Program-made: the position numbers and the translations under genes
Shown here: positions 50,786 to 59,642 of the stretch, piece after piece
Numbering within the stretch: the first letter of the stretch is position 1
How the letters are laid out: each line of letters starts with the position of its first letter
Source of the DNA: an uncultured Bacilli bacterium
GTDB lineage: Bacteria > Bacillota_I > Bacilli_A > RF39 > UBA660
Reading direction: 5' to 3'
DNA length: 64,000 nucleotides
Assembly (NCBI GenBank): GCA_934163035.1
Contig: CAKPJX010000003.1
Span: 3,992 to 67,991 of the forward strand
The notes under the pieces: generated by a model
Database searches by the model: none
Told to the model about the DNA's origin: nothing
The model's input: the letters and a program-made list of their open reading frames with translations, nothing else

Positions 50786-52714
50786 CTATATATCTAGATT
50801 TTCCACATATGTGGCATTAGTTTCAATAAATTCACGTCTAGGAGCAACTTCCTCACCCATTAACTGTGAAAACACCTCATCAGCCGCAACTGCATCATCT
50901 ATTGTAATTTGTCTTAATATACGCTTATGAATATCCATGGTTGTTTCATTCAATTCTTCAGCATCCATTTCTCCTAAACCTTTCATTCTCGCTATCTCAT
51001 ACTTAGTATTTGGAGCAAGAGTAGCCAAATATTCATCTCTTTCTTGTTCATTTAAAACATATTTAATTGTTTTTCCATGCTTAATAACAAAAAGAGGTGG
51101 CTGAGCTGCATAAACATGTCCAGCTTCTACAATTGGTTTAAAAAATCTATAAAACAATGTTAATAATAGAACTCTAATATGTGAACCATCAACATCTGCA
51201 TCCGTCATAATTATTATTTTATGGTATCTTAACTTAGAAAGATCAAATTCCCCACCTATTCCAGTACCAAAAGCAGTAATTATAGTACGAATTTCTTCAT
51301 TTGATAAAGCCCTATCTAATCTAGCCTTTTCAACATTCAATATCTTTCCTCTTAAAGGTAAAATTGCCTGTGTCATGCTATCTCTACCCTTAATAGCAGA
51401 ACCACCAGCAGAATCACCTTCGACTAAAAATATTTCACTTATTGATGCATCCTTGCTTTTACAATCAGAAAGTTTTCCATAAAAATTAGTAATATCCAAA
51501 TCACCTTTACGTCTAGTTAACTCTCTAGCCTTTTTAGCAGCTACTCTGGCTCTGCTAGCAGTCATAGATTTTTCAATAATTACTTTACCTTGATCAGGAT
51601 TTTCCATTAAAAATCTTTCAAAAGCTTCAGAAAATATTTTATCCACAATACCTCTTACCTCACTATTACCAAGTTTCGTCTTAGTTTGACCTTCAAATTG
51701 TGGATCTGGATGTTTAACAGAAACAATTAAAGTAATACCTTCTCTTACGTCATCACCAGTTAAAGGATCATCTTTATCTTTTAATGCACCAATATTAGTA
51801 GCATATTTATTTAAAACTCTAGTTAAAGCTCGTCTAACACCATCCTCATGAGTTCCTCCCTCAGGAGTTGTTATATTATTAACAAAAGAATAAATACAAG
51901 AATTATAGCTTTCATTATATTGTAAAGCTACCTCAACACTAATATCTTTATCTTTACCAGAAACATCAACTATAGTTGGATGAATTGGATTTTTATTTTT
52001 ATTTAACATTTCAACATATTCAGTAATTCCACCTTCATAGCAGAAAGAATCTTTCTTATTTGGAACTCTATCATCATATAAAGTTATCCTTAAACCTTTA
52101 TTTAAAAAAGCAAGTTCTCTTAATCTTTTCATTAAAATATCATAATCATAAACTGTAGTTTCAGTAAAAATTTCATCATCAGGTTTAAAACTAACAGTTG
52201 TACCAGTTCTATTAGCATCGCATTTGTCTATAATTTCTAATGGGTTATCAGGATGACCTCCTCTACTATATCTTTGATAATAAACATTACCATTTTTATA
52301 AACCCTTACTTCAAGCCAATCACTTAATGCATTAACAACACTGGCACCTACACCATGGAGTCCTCCTGAAACTTTGTATCCTCCACCACCAAATTTACCA
52401 CCAGCATGCAATACTGTATAAACTGTTTCAACAGTACTCTTTCCAGTCTTAGGATGAATATCAACAGGAATACCTCTACCATCATCTTTTACTGTTATAC
52501 TATTATCTTTACCAATAGTAACCTCAATGTGAGTACAATACCCAGCTAAAGCTTCATCAATAGCATTATCAACAATCTCCCAAACTAAATGATGTAATCC
52601 TCTAGAACTAGTACTACCTATATACATTCCAGGTCTTTTTCTTACAGCCTCTAACCCCTCTAAAACCTGTATAGAAGAAGAATCATAAGTTTGTTGCACC
52701 TTTTCATTATCCAT
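50786..52714 (-). CDS. gyrB: DNA gyrase subunit B
   Basis: ORF track. GHKL ATPase ([15 protein letters not shown]), Toprim ([12 protein letters not shown]), PLRGKILNV. Confidence 0.97.
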   Translation of the reverse strand: MDNEKVQQTYDSSSIQVLEGLEAVRKRPGMYIGSTSSRGLHHLVWEIVDNAIDEALAGYCTHIEVTIGKDNSITVKDDGRGIPVDIHPKTGKSTVETVYTVLHAGGKFGGGGYKVSGGLHGVGASVVNALSDWLEVRVYKNGNVYYQRYSRGGHPDNPLEIIDKCDANRTGTTVSFKPDDEIFTETTVYDYDILMKRLRELAFLNKGLRITLYDDRVPNKKDSFCYEGGITEYVEMLNKNKNPIHPTIVDVSGKDKDISVEVALQYNESYNSCIYSFVNNITTPEGGTHEDGVRRALTRVLNKYATNIGALKDKDDPLTGDDVREGITLIVSVKHPDPQFEGQTKTKLGNSEVRGIVDKIFSEAFERFLMENPDQGKVIIEKSMTASRARVAAKKARELTRRKGDLDITNFYGKLSDCKSKDASISEIFLVEGDSAGGSAIKGRDSMTQAILPLRGKILNVEKARLDRALSNEEIRTIITAFGTGIGGEFDLSKLRYHKIIIMTDADVDGSHIRVLLLTLFYRFFKPIVEAGHVYAAQPPLFVIKHGKTIKYVLNEQERDEYLATLAPNTKYEIARMKGLGEMDAEELNETTMDIHKRILRQITIDDAVAADEVFSQLMGEEVAPRREFIETNATYVENLDI

Positions 52715-52722
52715 TTAATTAC

Positions 52723-53835
52723 CTACTTTCTTTCTACTTTTCCATTATTAACTTCATATATAAAAGCATCAGTTAAATATTTTTTATTTATATTTTTTAC
52801 ATCAGTAGTTGTTATAATACTTTGTATATTTTCATCAATAATAAGTTTTAACAATTTATTTTTTTTCTTTATATCTAATTCACCAAAAACATCATCTAAT
52901 AGTAATACAGGATCATTTCCAATAAAATCTCTAAATATTGATATTTCTGATAATTTAAAAGCTAAGACTGCTAATTTTTGTTGTCCCTGTGAACCAAACG
53001 CTTTTAAATCATTATCATTAAAATAAAAAGTAAAATCATCCCTATGTGGTCCATACATAGTCATACCATAATTAAGTTCCTTCACGTAGTTTTTATCAAA
53101 AACTTTTTTCAACTCCTGCTTTATTTCATCATCATCAAAAGAAGTCAATTTAATATTAGGAACATATTGAACTTTCAAGCCATCATTACCACTTATATTT
53201 TTATAATAATAATTAATTCTGCTATTAATTATATCTAGGTATTCCTGCCTCTTTTTATAAATAATCACCGCTGATGATATAAGTTTTTCTGTAATTATAT
53301 CTAAATATTTTTTATCAGCTATACTGTTATTAAAAAGAATTTTAAGATATTCATTTCTTGTTTTTAATATTTTATTATACTCGTTATAAACATTTAAATA
53401 TGTATTTGATATCTGTGATAATTCAATATTTAACATATTTCTTCGTATACTAGGTGATCCTTTTATAAGCTCTAAATCATCAGGTGAAAACAATATAATA
53501 TTTAAATTAGAAATATAATCTGATAACTTTCTAATTTCAGTACCATTAACACTGATTTTTTTATAACCATCACCTAGCTCAACTTCTAAATTAGAAATAA
53601 GCCTATTTTTTTTAACAGTACCCTTAATTATGGACTTTTTTTTATTAAATTGTATAATATCAGGATTAGTAATAGATCTATGTGACTTTGTAAGTGCCAA
53701 AACTACGATAGATTCTAATATATTAGTCTTACCTTGAGCGTTATCTCCTATAAATATATTTATTTTAGACCCAAGGTTAATATTAACTTTAGAATAATTT
53801 CTAAAATTAGTAAGATTAATTTTAGTTAAATTCAT
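52723..53835 (-). CDS. recF: DNA replication and repair protein RecF
   Basis: ORF track. Walker A GDNAQGKTNILE, signature SQGQQKL, Walker B LLLDDV. Confidence 0.95.
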   Translation of the reverse strand: MNLTKINLTNFRNYSKVNINLGSKINIFIGDNAQGKTNILESIVVLALTKSHRSITNPDIIQFNKKKSIIKGTVKKNRLISNLEVELGDGYKKISVNGTEIRKLSDYISNLNIILFSPDDLELIKGSPSIRRNMLNIELSQISNTYLNVYNEYNKILKTRNEYLKILFNNSIADKKYLDIITEKLISSAVIIYKKRQEYLDIINSRINYYYKNISGNDGLKVQYVPNIKLTSFDDDEIKQELKKVFDKNYVKELNYGMTMYGPHRDDFTFYFNDNDLKAFGSQGQQKLAVLAFKLSEISIFRDFIGNDPVLLLDDVFGELDIKKKNKLLKLIIDENIQSIITTTDVKNINKKYLTDAFIYEVNNGKVERK

Positions 53836-53933
53836 TTAAAACCCACAAAGAGGCTCATACAATCACCTATCCCCTACTACAGTAGTCCTATACATACATG
53901 AATATTATATCATAAAAATGCAAATAAACCATG

Positions 53934-53961
53934 AAAAAATAGTTATTAATAACTATTTTTT
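53934..53961 (-). terminator. Weak AT-rich hairpin after the comK-like gene (28-bp perfect palindrome)
   Basis: AAAAAATAGTTATT|AATAACTATTTTTT with only one G-C pair. Flanking A and T runs on both strands would allow bidirectional action. Confidence 0.3.
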
Positions 53962-53969
53962 CTATAAAT

Positions 53970-54416
53970 TTATACTTTTTTTCTATTTCTCATTATTAGA
54001 TCCAATCTAGATGCTCTTGATATCTGATTTTCTATTGTTCTATACGAACACGGAACTATCAATTCAATATTATTATCAAAAATTAATTTAGTATTGTTAA
54101 AATCAATTTTTTCAAATCTCTTTACTCTTTTTAAAGAAACCCAAATACAATCTTCAGCTAGAGGTGAAGTTGTTGGAAAAACAATCAAATCATTTGAATT
54201 ATCAATAACTATTGGCACTTTATACTCAGCACCAAGTATTTCCTTTGCTCCATCCTTACGTCCATTATATGTACTACCAAAATATTTACAACTATCTTCC
54301 ATTATTTTAAATGGCAAATCATCTATAATGTATCTCTCCTCATCTTCATAAACAACACTTGAATTACCATCATTTGGAACTATTGCTAAAGTTCCATTAC
54401 TTATTTCATATTTCAT
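53970..54416 (-). CDS. comK: ComK-family protein (short form, 148 aa)
   Basis: ORF track. YEISNGTLAIVPN, SCKYFGSTYNGRKDGAKEILG..YKVPIVID.SNDLIVFPTTSP and ELIVPCSYRTIENQISRASRL align collinearly with B. subtilis ComK (YEVNGATIAVLPE, SCRFFGSSYAGRKAGTYEVT..HKPPIMVDPSNQIFLFPTLS, ELPISYNSFENQVYRTAWL). It lacks the ~40-aa C-terminal tail of B. subtilis ComK. Confidence 0.75.
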   Translation of the reverse strand: MKYEISNGTLAIVPNDGNSSVVYEDEERYIIDDLPFKIMEDSCKYFGSTYNGRKDGAKEILGAEYKVPIVIDNSNDLIVFPTTSPLAEDCIWVSLKRVKRFEKIDFNNTKLIFDNNIELIVPCSYRTIENQISRASRLDLIMRNRKKV

Positions 54417-54499
54417 ATTTTTTCCCCCTCAATGAAAACTAATTTGTTTTCGACAATAAAATACCATATTTCTTTGTCAAAAAATGACGTTTTTTGTAA

Positions 54500-54523
54500 A
54501 ATGAAAAGAAGATTTTCATCTTC
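54500..54523 (-). terminator. Rho-independent terminator after dnaN
   Basis: The minus strand reads GAAGAT-gaaa-ATCTTC followed by TTTTCATTTT. Confidence 0.55.
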
Positions 54524-54570
54524 TCTATTAATATAATTAACAATTTTTACACAAATTCTACAAAATAGTA

Positions 54571-55692
54571 TTAATATGTTCTAATTGGTAAGACAAGTTG
54601 AGTTAAGGTCTCATCTTCACTAGACTTTATTAATATGGGTTTTATTTCACCTACAAAATGAATATCAACAGTTTCTGTGGAAAAACTTTTTAATGCTTCC
54701 ATCATATACTTTGCACTGAAAGAAATCTTAATATTTTCATCATTGTTCTTAGTAATTTTCATTTTTTCTTCCACTCTACCTATTTCTACTGAACTACTCT
54801 TTAATATTAAAGTATCACCATCTGTTTCTAATGTAACTATATTTTTTTCTTTATCACTAGTTAATATACTAACACGATCAATTACATCATAAAAATCAGA
54901 TAATTTAGTACTTATTACTAGGAATGAATTTTCTGGTAATAAATTAGCAGTATTAGGATATGTACCATTTATTAATCGTGATTCAAACTTTAAATTACCA
55001 GTTTTAAATAAGATTTTGTTATTAAATATATGGATTTCAACAAGCTCATCATCATTAATAATTCTTGAAAATTCTATAATATTATGACTAGGTATAACAA
55101 TGTTATAGTTATCTTCACTAGGTTTTTCTAGACTAACAACTTTTCTAGCCAATCTATACGAATCTGTAGAATTACATTCCAATAAATTTCCTACAATATT
55201 AAAGTTTATTCCAGTTAATACCGGCTTACTTTCTTCATTAGATGCAGCAAAAGCAGTTTGATTAACTATACTCTTTAATATATTAGCTTTAATAGTAATT
55301 TTCTTCTTACTTTCTTCTAAACCAATATTTGGATATTCGCTTTCGCTAATTCCATTTAAATTAAATTCACTATTTTCTGTATAAATACGAATTTTTAATT
55401 CATCTATAACTTCAATATTTATATATTTATCAGGAAGTTTCCTAACAATATCTAAAATATATTTTCCTTGAACTATAATACTACCCTCTTTTTCTATTAT
55501 AAAATCATCATTCACAGACTCTATAACAGTTTGAATAGTAATATCATTATCACTTGCTGTTAGAGTTAATTTTTTCTTCTTAAGTTCAAATTTAATTCCA
55601 GCAAGAACAGGTATTAAATTTTTAGTTGAAATAGCTTTTGATACCTTATTTAAAGCCTCTAATAATAAATCTTTTTTAATTTTTAATTTCAT
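54571..55692 (-). CDS. dnaN: DNA polymerase III subunit beta (sliding clamp)
   Basis: ORF track. 373 aa. Typical clamp N-terminus and a C-terminal ...LVLPIRTY. dnaA-dnaN synteny. Confidence 0.96.
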   Translation of the reverse strand: MKLKIKKDLLLEALNKVSKAISTKNLIPVLAGIKFELKKKKLTLTASDNDITIQTVIESVNDDFIIEKEGSIIVQGKYILDIVRKLPDKYINIEVIDELKIRIYTENSEFNLNGISESEYPNIGLEESKKKITIKANILKSIVNQTAFAASNEESKPVLTGINFNIVGNLLECNSTDSYRLARKVVSLEKPSEDNYNIVIPSHNIIEFSRIINDDELVEIHIFNNKILFKTGNLKFESRLINGTYPNTANLLPENSFLVISTKLSDFYDVIDRVSILTSDKEKNIVTLETDGDTLILKSSSVEIGRVEEKMKITKNNDENIKISFSAKYMMEALKSFSTETVDIHFVGEIKPILIKSSEDETLTQLVLPIRTY

Positions 55693-55824
55693 ATATAATT
55701 CCTTCCTTCTTTTAATATATTTATATTATTACTGTGGAAAAAGTTAAAAACTAACTTTTTCTTTATAAATTAAAGACTAAACATAAAATTTAATCTGTGG
55801 AAAAATTGTTAATAGGATATATTT
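55693..55824 (-). other. oriC: oriC, dnaA-dnaN intergenic part: two DnaA boxes flanking and preceding AT-rich DNA
   Basis: The minus strand has TTTTCCACA at about 55796-55804 and 55733-55741 in the same orientation. They are separated by 54 bp of almost pure A/T. The second box is followed by GTAATAATATAAATATATTAAAAG before the dnaN RBS. Confidence 0.75.
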
Positions 55825-57186
55825 TTACACAACCCCTATATCTTTCTTTAACTTTTCAATTATATTTGATAAGTCTTTATTTACTTTTATTTCATTTTCA
55901 ATCTTTTCAACAGAATGCATTACTGTAGAATGGTCCTTTCCACCAAATTCAGTTCCTATCTTAGGAAATGATTCACTGGTCATATTTCTACATAAGTACA
56001 TAGCAATTTGCCGTGGAAAAGAAATATTTGAGCTTCTTTTTTTACTTCTAATATCTTCAACAGATATTTGAAAATACTCTGCTACAATCTTTTGTATTCT
56101 GTGGATATCATTTTTTTCTCCCATACCTTTACTTATAAAGTCTTTTAATGCCTCAATAGCTAAATCTAAGGTAATTTCTACTCCACCCATTATTGTGGAA
56201 TATGCTATTAATCTTGTTATAGAACCCTCTAGTTGCCTAACATCCGTTCCTATGTTAGAAGCAATATATTCTATAACATCTTCTGGTATTTCCTTTTCAA
56301 AATTCCCCCCTACTATCTTTTTCCTTAATATTTCAGTTCTCATTGAAAAATCAGGAGGAAAAATATTAACTGTAAGTCCCCAACAAAATCTAGTTCTTAA
56401 ACGATCTTCTAACAATTTTAAATCGTCTGGAGACCTATCCGATGATATTATAATTTGTTTACTATCATTATACAAAGTGTTAAATGTATGAAAAAATTCT
56501 TGTTGCGTTTGTGTGGCCCCACCTAAAAATTGGATATCATCTATTATCAAAACATCAACATTCCGGTACTTGTTCTTAAAAAAATCAACATAATTAAAGT
56601 TTGTCCCACTATTATCTTTTTTATTAATTCCAATAAAATCTTGAATAAATTGATCACTTGTTACATACAAAACACGTTTATTACTATTTGAAACTATATA
56701 ATTTCCAATAGCATGCATCAGATGTGTTTTACCAAGCCCACTATTACCATAAATAAACAAAGGATTATACATACTACCTGGATTCTCTGCAACTGACAAT
56801 GCCGCCGCTTGTGCAAATTTATTGCTATTACCTACTATAAAATTATCAAAGTTATATTTTGAATTTAAATTAGAATTAATTGCATTGTCATTTTTATTAT
56901 TTTGTATAACAACCTTTTCAGGTGGAAATTCTTTTTCTATTTCCTCTTTCAATAACAGGATTATCTCATATTGACTACCAGTTATTTCAGATAAATTATC
57001 TTTAATCAATTGTGAATAATTATCTATAAGATGTTTCTTGTGAATTGGCATTGGTACTACAATGTAAGCTTTATCATTAATTAATTTATAAAGTTGAGTA
57101 TCGGCAAACCAAGTGTCAAAAGCAAGAGAAGTTAATTCATCTTTTGCTAGACCTAAGAACTTAGCCCATAAAATATCGACATTCAT
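55825..57186 (-). CDS. dnaA: Chromosomal replication initiator protein DnaA
   Basis: ORF track 55825..57204. Walker A GNSGLGKTHL, box VII, and a domain IV (DHSTVMHSVEKI). ATG at 57186 is 7 nt after GGAGA. Confidence 0.97.
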   Translation of the reverse strand: MNVDILWAKFLGLAKDELTSLAFDTWFADTQLYKLINDKAYIVVPMPIHKKHLIDNYSQLIKDNLSEITGSQYEIILLLKEEIEKEFPPEKVVIQNNKNDNAINSNLNSKYNFDNFIVGNSNKFAQAAALSVAENPGSMYNPLFIYGNSGLGKTHLMHAIGNYIVSNSNKRVLYVTSDQFIQDFIGINKKDNSGTNFNYVDFFKNKYRNVDVLIIDDIQFLGGATQTQQEFFHTFNTLYNDSKQIIISSDRSPDDLKLLEDRLRTRFCWGLTVNIFPPDFSMRTEILRKKIVGGNFEKEIPEDVIEYIASNIGTDVRQLEGSITRLIAYSTIMGGVEITLDLAIEALKDFISKGMGEKNDIHRIQKIVAEYFQISVEDIRSKKRSSNISFPRQIAMYLCRNMTSESFPKIGTEFGGKDHSTVMHSVEKIENEIKVNKDLSNIIEKLKKDIGVV

Positions 57187-57445
57187 TCTACCATCTCCCC
57201 ACAAGATAACTAATAAACTACGAATAGTTTACCTTAAATTGTGGAAAAAAGAAACAATTTTATAATAAAAAATTTAATTCACATGCTTTCCACAATTTTT
57301 TCCACATTTAAACACTTGTAATATAATGATAAAATTAAGTTTTCCACATTTTCCACAGATTTTTAATTCACATATTAATAAAAGTTTTAAACAGAATTGT
57401 GGATATTGTTGAAATAACAATTTTTACAATTATTTAAAGTTTTAT
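57187..57445. other. oriC: oriC, dnaA-upstream part: cluster of six DnaA boxes between dnaA and rpmH
   Basis: Boxes (approximate positions): TGTGGAAAA 57240-57248, CTTTCCACA 57286-57294, TTTTCCACA 57297-57305, TTTTCCACA 57339-57347 and 57348-57356 (directly abutting), TGTGGATAT 57397-57405. Two TTAATTCACA near-boxes are also present. Gene orientation switches here. Confidence 0.85.
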
Positions 57446-57474
57446 TTGACAAATACAATAATATATTATTATAA
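57445..57474 (+). promoter_or_regulatory. rpmH promoter
   Basis: TTGACA-18 nt-TATAAT, about 30 nt upstream of the rpmH SD (GGAGGTGGAG). Confidence 0.55.
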
Positions 57475-57505
57475 TAATGTAGATTTATGTCTGGAGGTGG
57501 AGCAA

Positions 57506-57628
57506 ATGAAAAGAACATATCAACCAAATAATCGTAAAAAAGCAAAAAAACTAGGCTTTTTTGCAAGAAAAAAAACTAATATTTTAAATCGTCGTCGTCG
57601 CAAGGGACGTAAAAAACTTTGCAAATAA
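57506..57628 (+). CDS. rpmH: 50S ribosomal protein L34
   Basis: ORF track 57446..57628. The internal Met gives MKRTYQPNNRKKAKKLGFFARKKTNILNRRRRKGRKKLCK, preceded by GGAGGTGGAG. The upstream part of the track ORF is promoter DNA. Confidence 0.9.
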   Translation: MKRTYQPNNRKKAKKLGFFARKKTNILNRRRRKGRKKLCK

Positions 57629-57631
57629 AAT

Positions 57632-57659
57632 AACCGCTGGGATAAAACAGTGGTTTTTT
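57632..57659 (+). terminator. Hairpin plus T-run between rpmH and rnpA (partial terminator/attenuator)
   Basis: AACCGCTG-ggataaaa-CAGTGGTT (one G-U pair) followed by TTTTTA. Confidence 0.5.
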
Positions 57660-57678
57660 ACTATCATAGAGGTGAATT

Positions 57679-58038
57679 ATGAGAAAATTATATATAGTAA
57701 AATCAACAAGAGATTTTGAAAAAATAATTAAAACAGGAAACCTAAATAAAAATAAGTATTTTATATTATATTCAAAACCAAATAATTTACCATATGCAAG
57801 GTACGGCATATCTGTAGGTAAAAAGGTTGGAAATGCTGTACATAGAAATAAATATAAAAGGATAATAAGACAAATTGTCGATAATTGTAAAAAAAGCTAT
57901 ATAAAAAATAGAGATTATATTATAATATTAAGAGGAAGTGCAAAGGATTGTAATTATCAAGAATTAAATAATTCTCTTGCCTCATTAATATATAGTATAA
58001 GAAAGGATACAAACTATGAAAAAAGTACAAGCAAGTAA
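57679..58038 (+). CDS. rnpA: Ribonuclease P protein component
   Basis: ORF track. Basic ~119 aa. ...RYGISVGKKVGNAVHRNKYKRIIRQ (RNR-like motif). rpmH-rnpA synteny. Confidence 0.93.
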   Translation: MRKLYIVKSTRDFEKIIKTGNLNKNKYFILYSKPNNLPYARYGISVGKKVGNAVHRNKYKRIIRQIVDNCKKSYIKNRDYIIILRGSAKDCNYQELNNSLASLIYSIRKDTNYEKSTSK

Positions 58039-58960
58039 CAAAAAAATTAAAATATTATTAATAGTACTGTTACTTTTAATCACAACGGGTTGTACAACAA
58101 CATTAACTGACAAGAACAAAAAACCTGTAAAAAATGAAGCAACAGGTCAAAACCTAACCAAAAACATCATATGTCAGCCAGCAAACAAAGAAACAATAAA
58201 AGCATATGAAAAGAATGGAGTAAATATAGAAAAACTTCCAAAATGTGAAAACTTTAAAGTTAATTCAGGAAAATATGAAGGATTATGGACTGGCCTTTTT
58301 GTAAAACCATTAGCATTTATTTTAATTACATTGGGAATAAAAGTTAAGAATTATGCAATTTCGTTAATAATAATAAGCTTAATAATTAGACTAATTGCTT
58401 TCCCTATAACCAAAAAAACTGCAATTCAATCAGAATTAATAAAAAAAGCTCAACCAGAGCTAGATAGATTGCAAAAAAAATATAAAGATAAGCAAGATCA
58501 AGAATCAATGATGAAACAAAATCAAGAAATGTTAATGATTTATAAAAAATACAATATTAATCCAATGGCTGGTTGCTTATTCTCAATGTTACAATTGCCT
58601 TTATTCATTGCTTTCTTTGAAGCAGTCCAAAGAACACCAGCTATATTTGAAGGAAAATTTTTAGGCCTACAGTTAGGAACAACTCCATCAGTAGGAATAA
58701 TGACTGGTAATTGGTATGTATATTTAATTCTAGTAGCACTAATAGGACTTTCAACATTCTATTCATTTAAACTAAATGCTACTGGTAATATGTCAGCTCC
58801 TAATATGCAAATGATGCCAGTAATGATGACAGTAATGATAGTATTTACGTCAATATTAATGCCATCTGCTTTAGGTATATATTGGGTAACATCCAATGCT
58901 TTTACAATAGTTCAAAATATTTTAATTAAAAGGAGTAAGGAAGTAAATGGAAAAAAATAA
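58016..58960 (+). CDS. yidC: Membrane protein insertase YidC/SpoIIIJ (lipoprotein form)
   Basis: ORF track. Lipobox LLITTGC. 60-kDa-IMP core (PITKKTAIQSELIKKAQPELDRLQKKYK..., MAGCLFSMLQLPLFIAFF). Confidence 0.93.
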   Translation: MKKVQASNKKIKILLIVLLLLITTGCTTTLTDKNKKPVKNEATGQNLTKNIICQPANKETIKAYEKNGVNIEKLPKCENFKVNSGKYEGLWTGLFVKPLAFILITLGIKVKNYAISLIIISLIIRLIAFPITKKTAIQSELIKKAQPELDRLQKKYKDKQDQESMMKQNQEMLMIYKKYNINPMAGCLFSMLQLPLFIAFFEAVQRTPAIFEGKFLGLQLGTTPSVGIMTGNWYVYLILVALIGLSTFYSFKLNATGNMSAPNMQMMPVMMTVMIVFTSILMPSALGIYWVTSNAFTIVQNILIKRSKEVNGKK

Positions 58961-59561
58961 ATATAGCGGAAAAACTATTGATGAGGCCATTTCAAATGCA
59001 ACTATAGCATTACAAGAAACAAAAGATAATTTAATTATTAAAGAATTAGAAACAAAAAAGGCAGGATTATTTAAAGGAAAAAAGGTTGAAATAGAAGTAA
59101 TAGAGAAAAGGGAAGTAGTAAGATACATAAAAGAATATCTTCTAAAACTTCTAAAAGACTTAGGATTTGCTGCCAATATAGAAGTTAAAAATCAAAATGA
59201 AACAGTAAAATATACGATATATTCTGATAAAGATAACCTATTGATAGGAAAAGGTGGAAAAAACTTAAAAGCATTATCAATAATAACTAGTCAACATATT
59301 TTAAAAGAACTTGGAACAACATTTAAATTTGTAATAGATGTAAACGAATATAAGGAAAAACATGAAAAAAGCTTAGAGTCTTTAGCACGACGCCTAGCAA
59401 GGGACGTAAAAAATACAAAAGTAGAAGTAAAATTAGACTCAATGAACTCATATGAAAGAAGAATTATTCATAATGCATTAACAAATAATAAATTCGTATA
59501 TACAGAAAGCGAAGGAGAAGAACCTAATCGTTACGTAGTAATAAAACCAAAAGAAGATTAA
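58947..59561 (+). CDS. jag: RNA-binding protein Jag/KhpB (Jag_N, KH, R3H)
   Basis: ORF track. LIGKGGKNLKALS (KH GXXG) and a C-terminal R3H (SYERRIIHNAL). yidC-jag synteny. Confidence 0.9.
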   Translation: MEKNKYSGKTIDEAISNATIALQETKDNLIIKELETKKAGLFKGKKVEIEVIEKREVVRYIKEYLLKLLKDLGFAANIEVKNQNETVKYTIYSDKDNLLIGKGGKNLKALSIITSQHILKELGTTFKFVIDVNEYKEKHEKSLESLARRLARDVKNTKVEVKLDSMNSYERRIIHNALTNNKFVYTESEGEEPNRYVVIKPKED

Positions 59562-59573
59562 TCTTCTTTTTTT
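59551..59573 (+). terminator. Rho-independent terminator overlapping the jag stop codon
   Basis: AAGAAGA-ttaa-TCTTCTT followed by TTTTTG. Confidence 0.55.
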
Positions 59574-59642
59574 GAAGTAAAAGAATAAGTAGAAAGGAAG
59601 CTAATAAAAATCTATAAGATTGAATTAGATTATAAATATATT

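Noticed and set aside
57530-57550. My hand count of the A-run in rpmH (around CGT AAAAAA(A) GCA) suggested a possible 1-nt frame inconsistency with the ORF track.
   Set aside because: The computed ORF track gives an uninterrupted L34 reading frame. Homopolymer runs are easy to miscount by eye, so I trust the track. As a consequence, hand-derived coordinates near here may be off by 1 nt.
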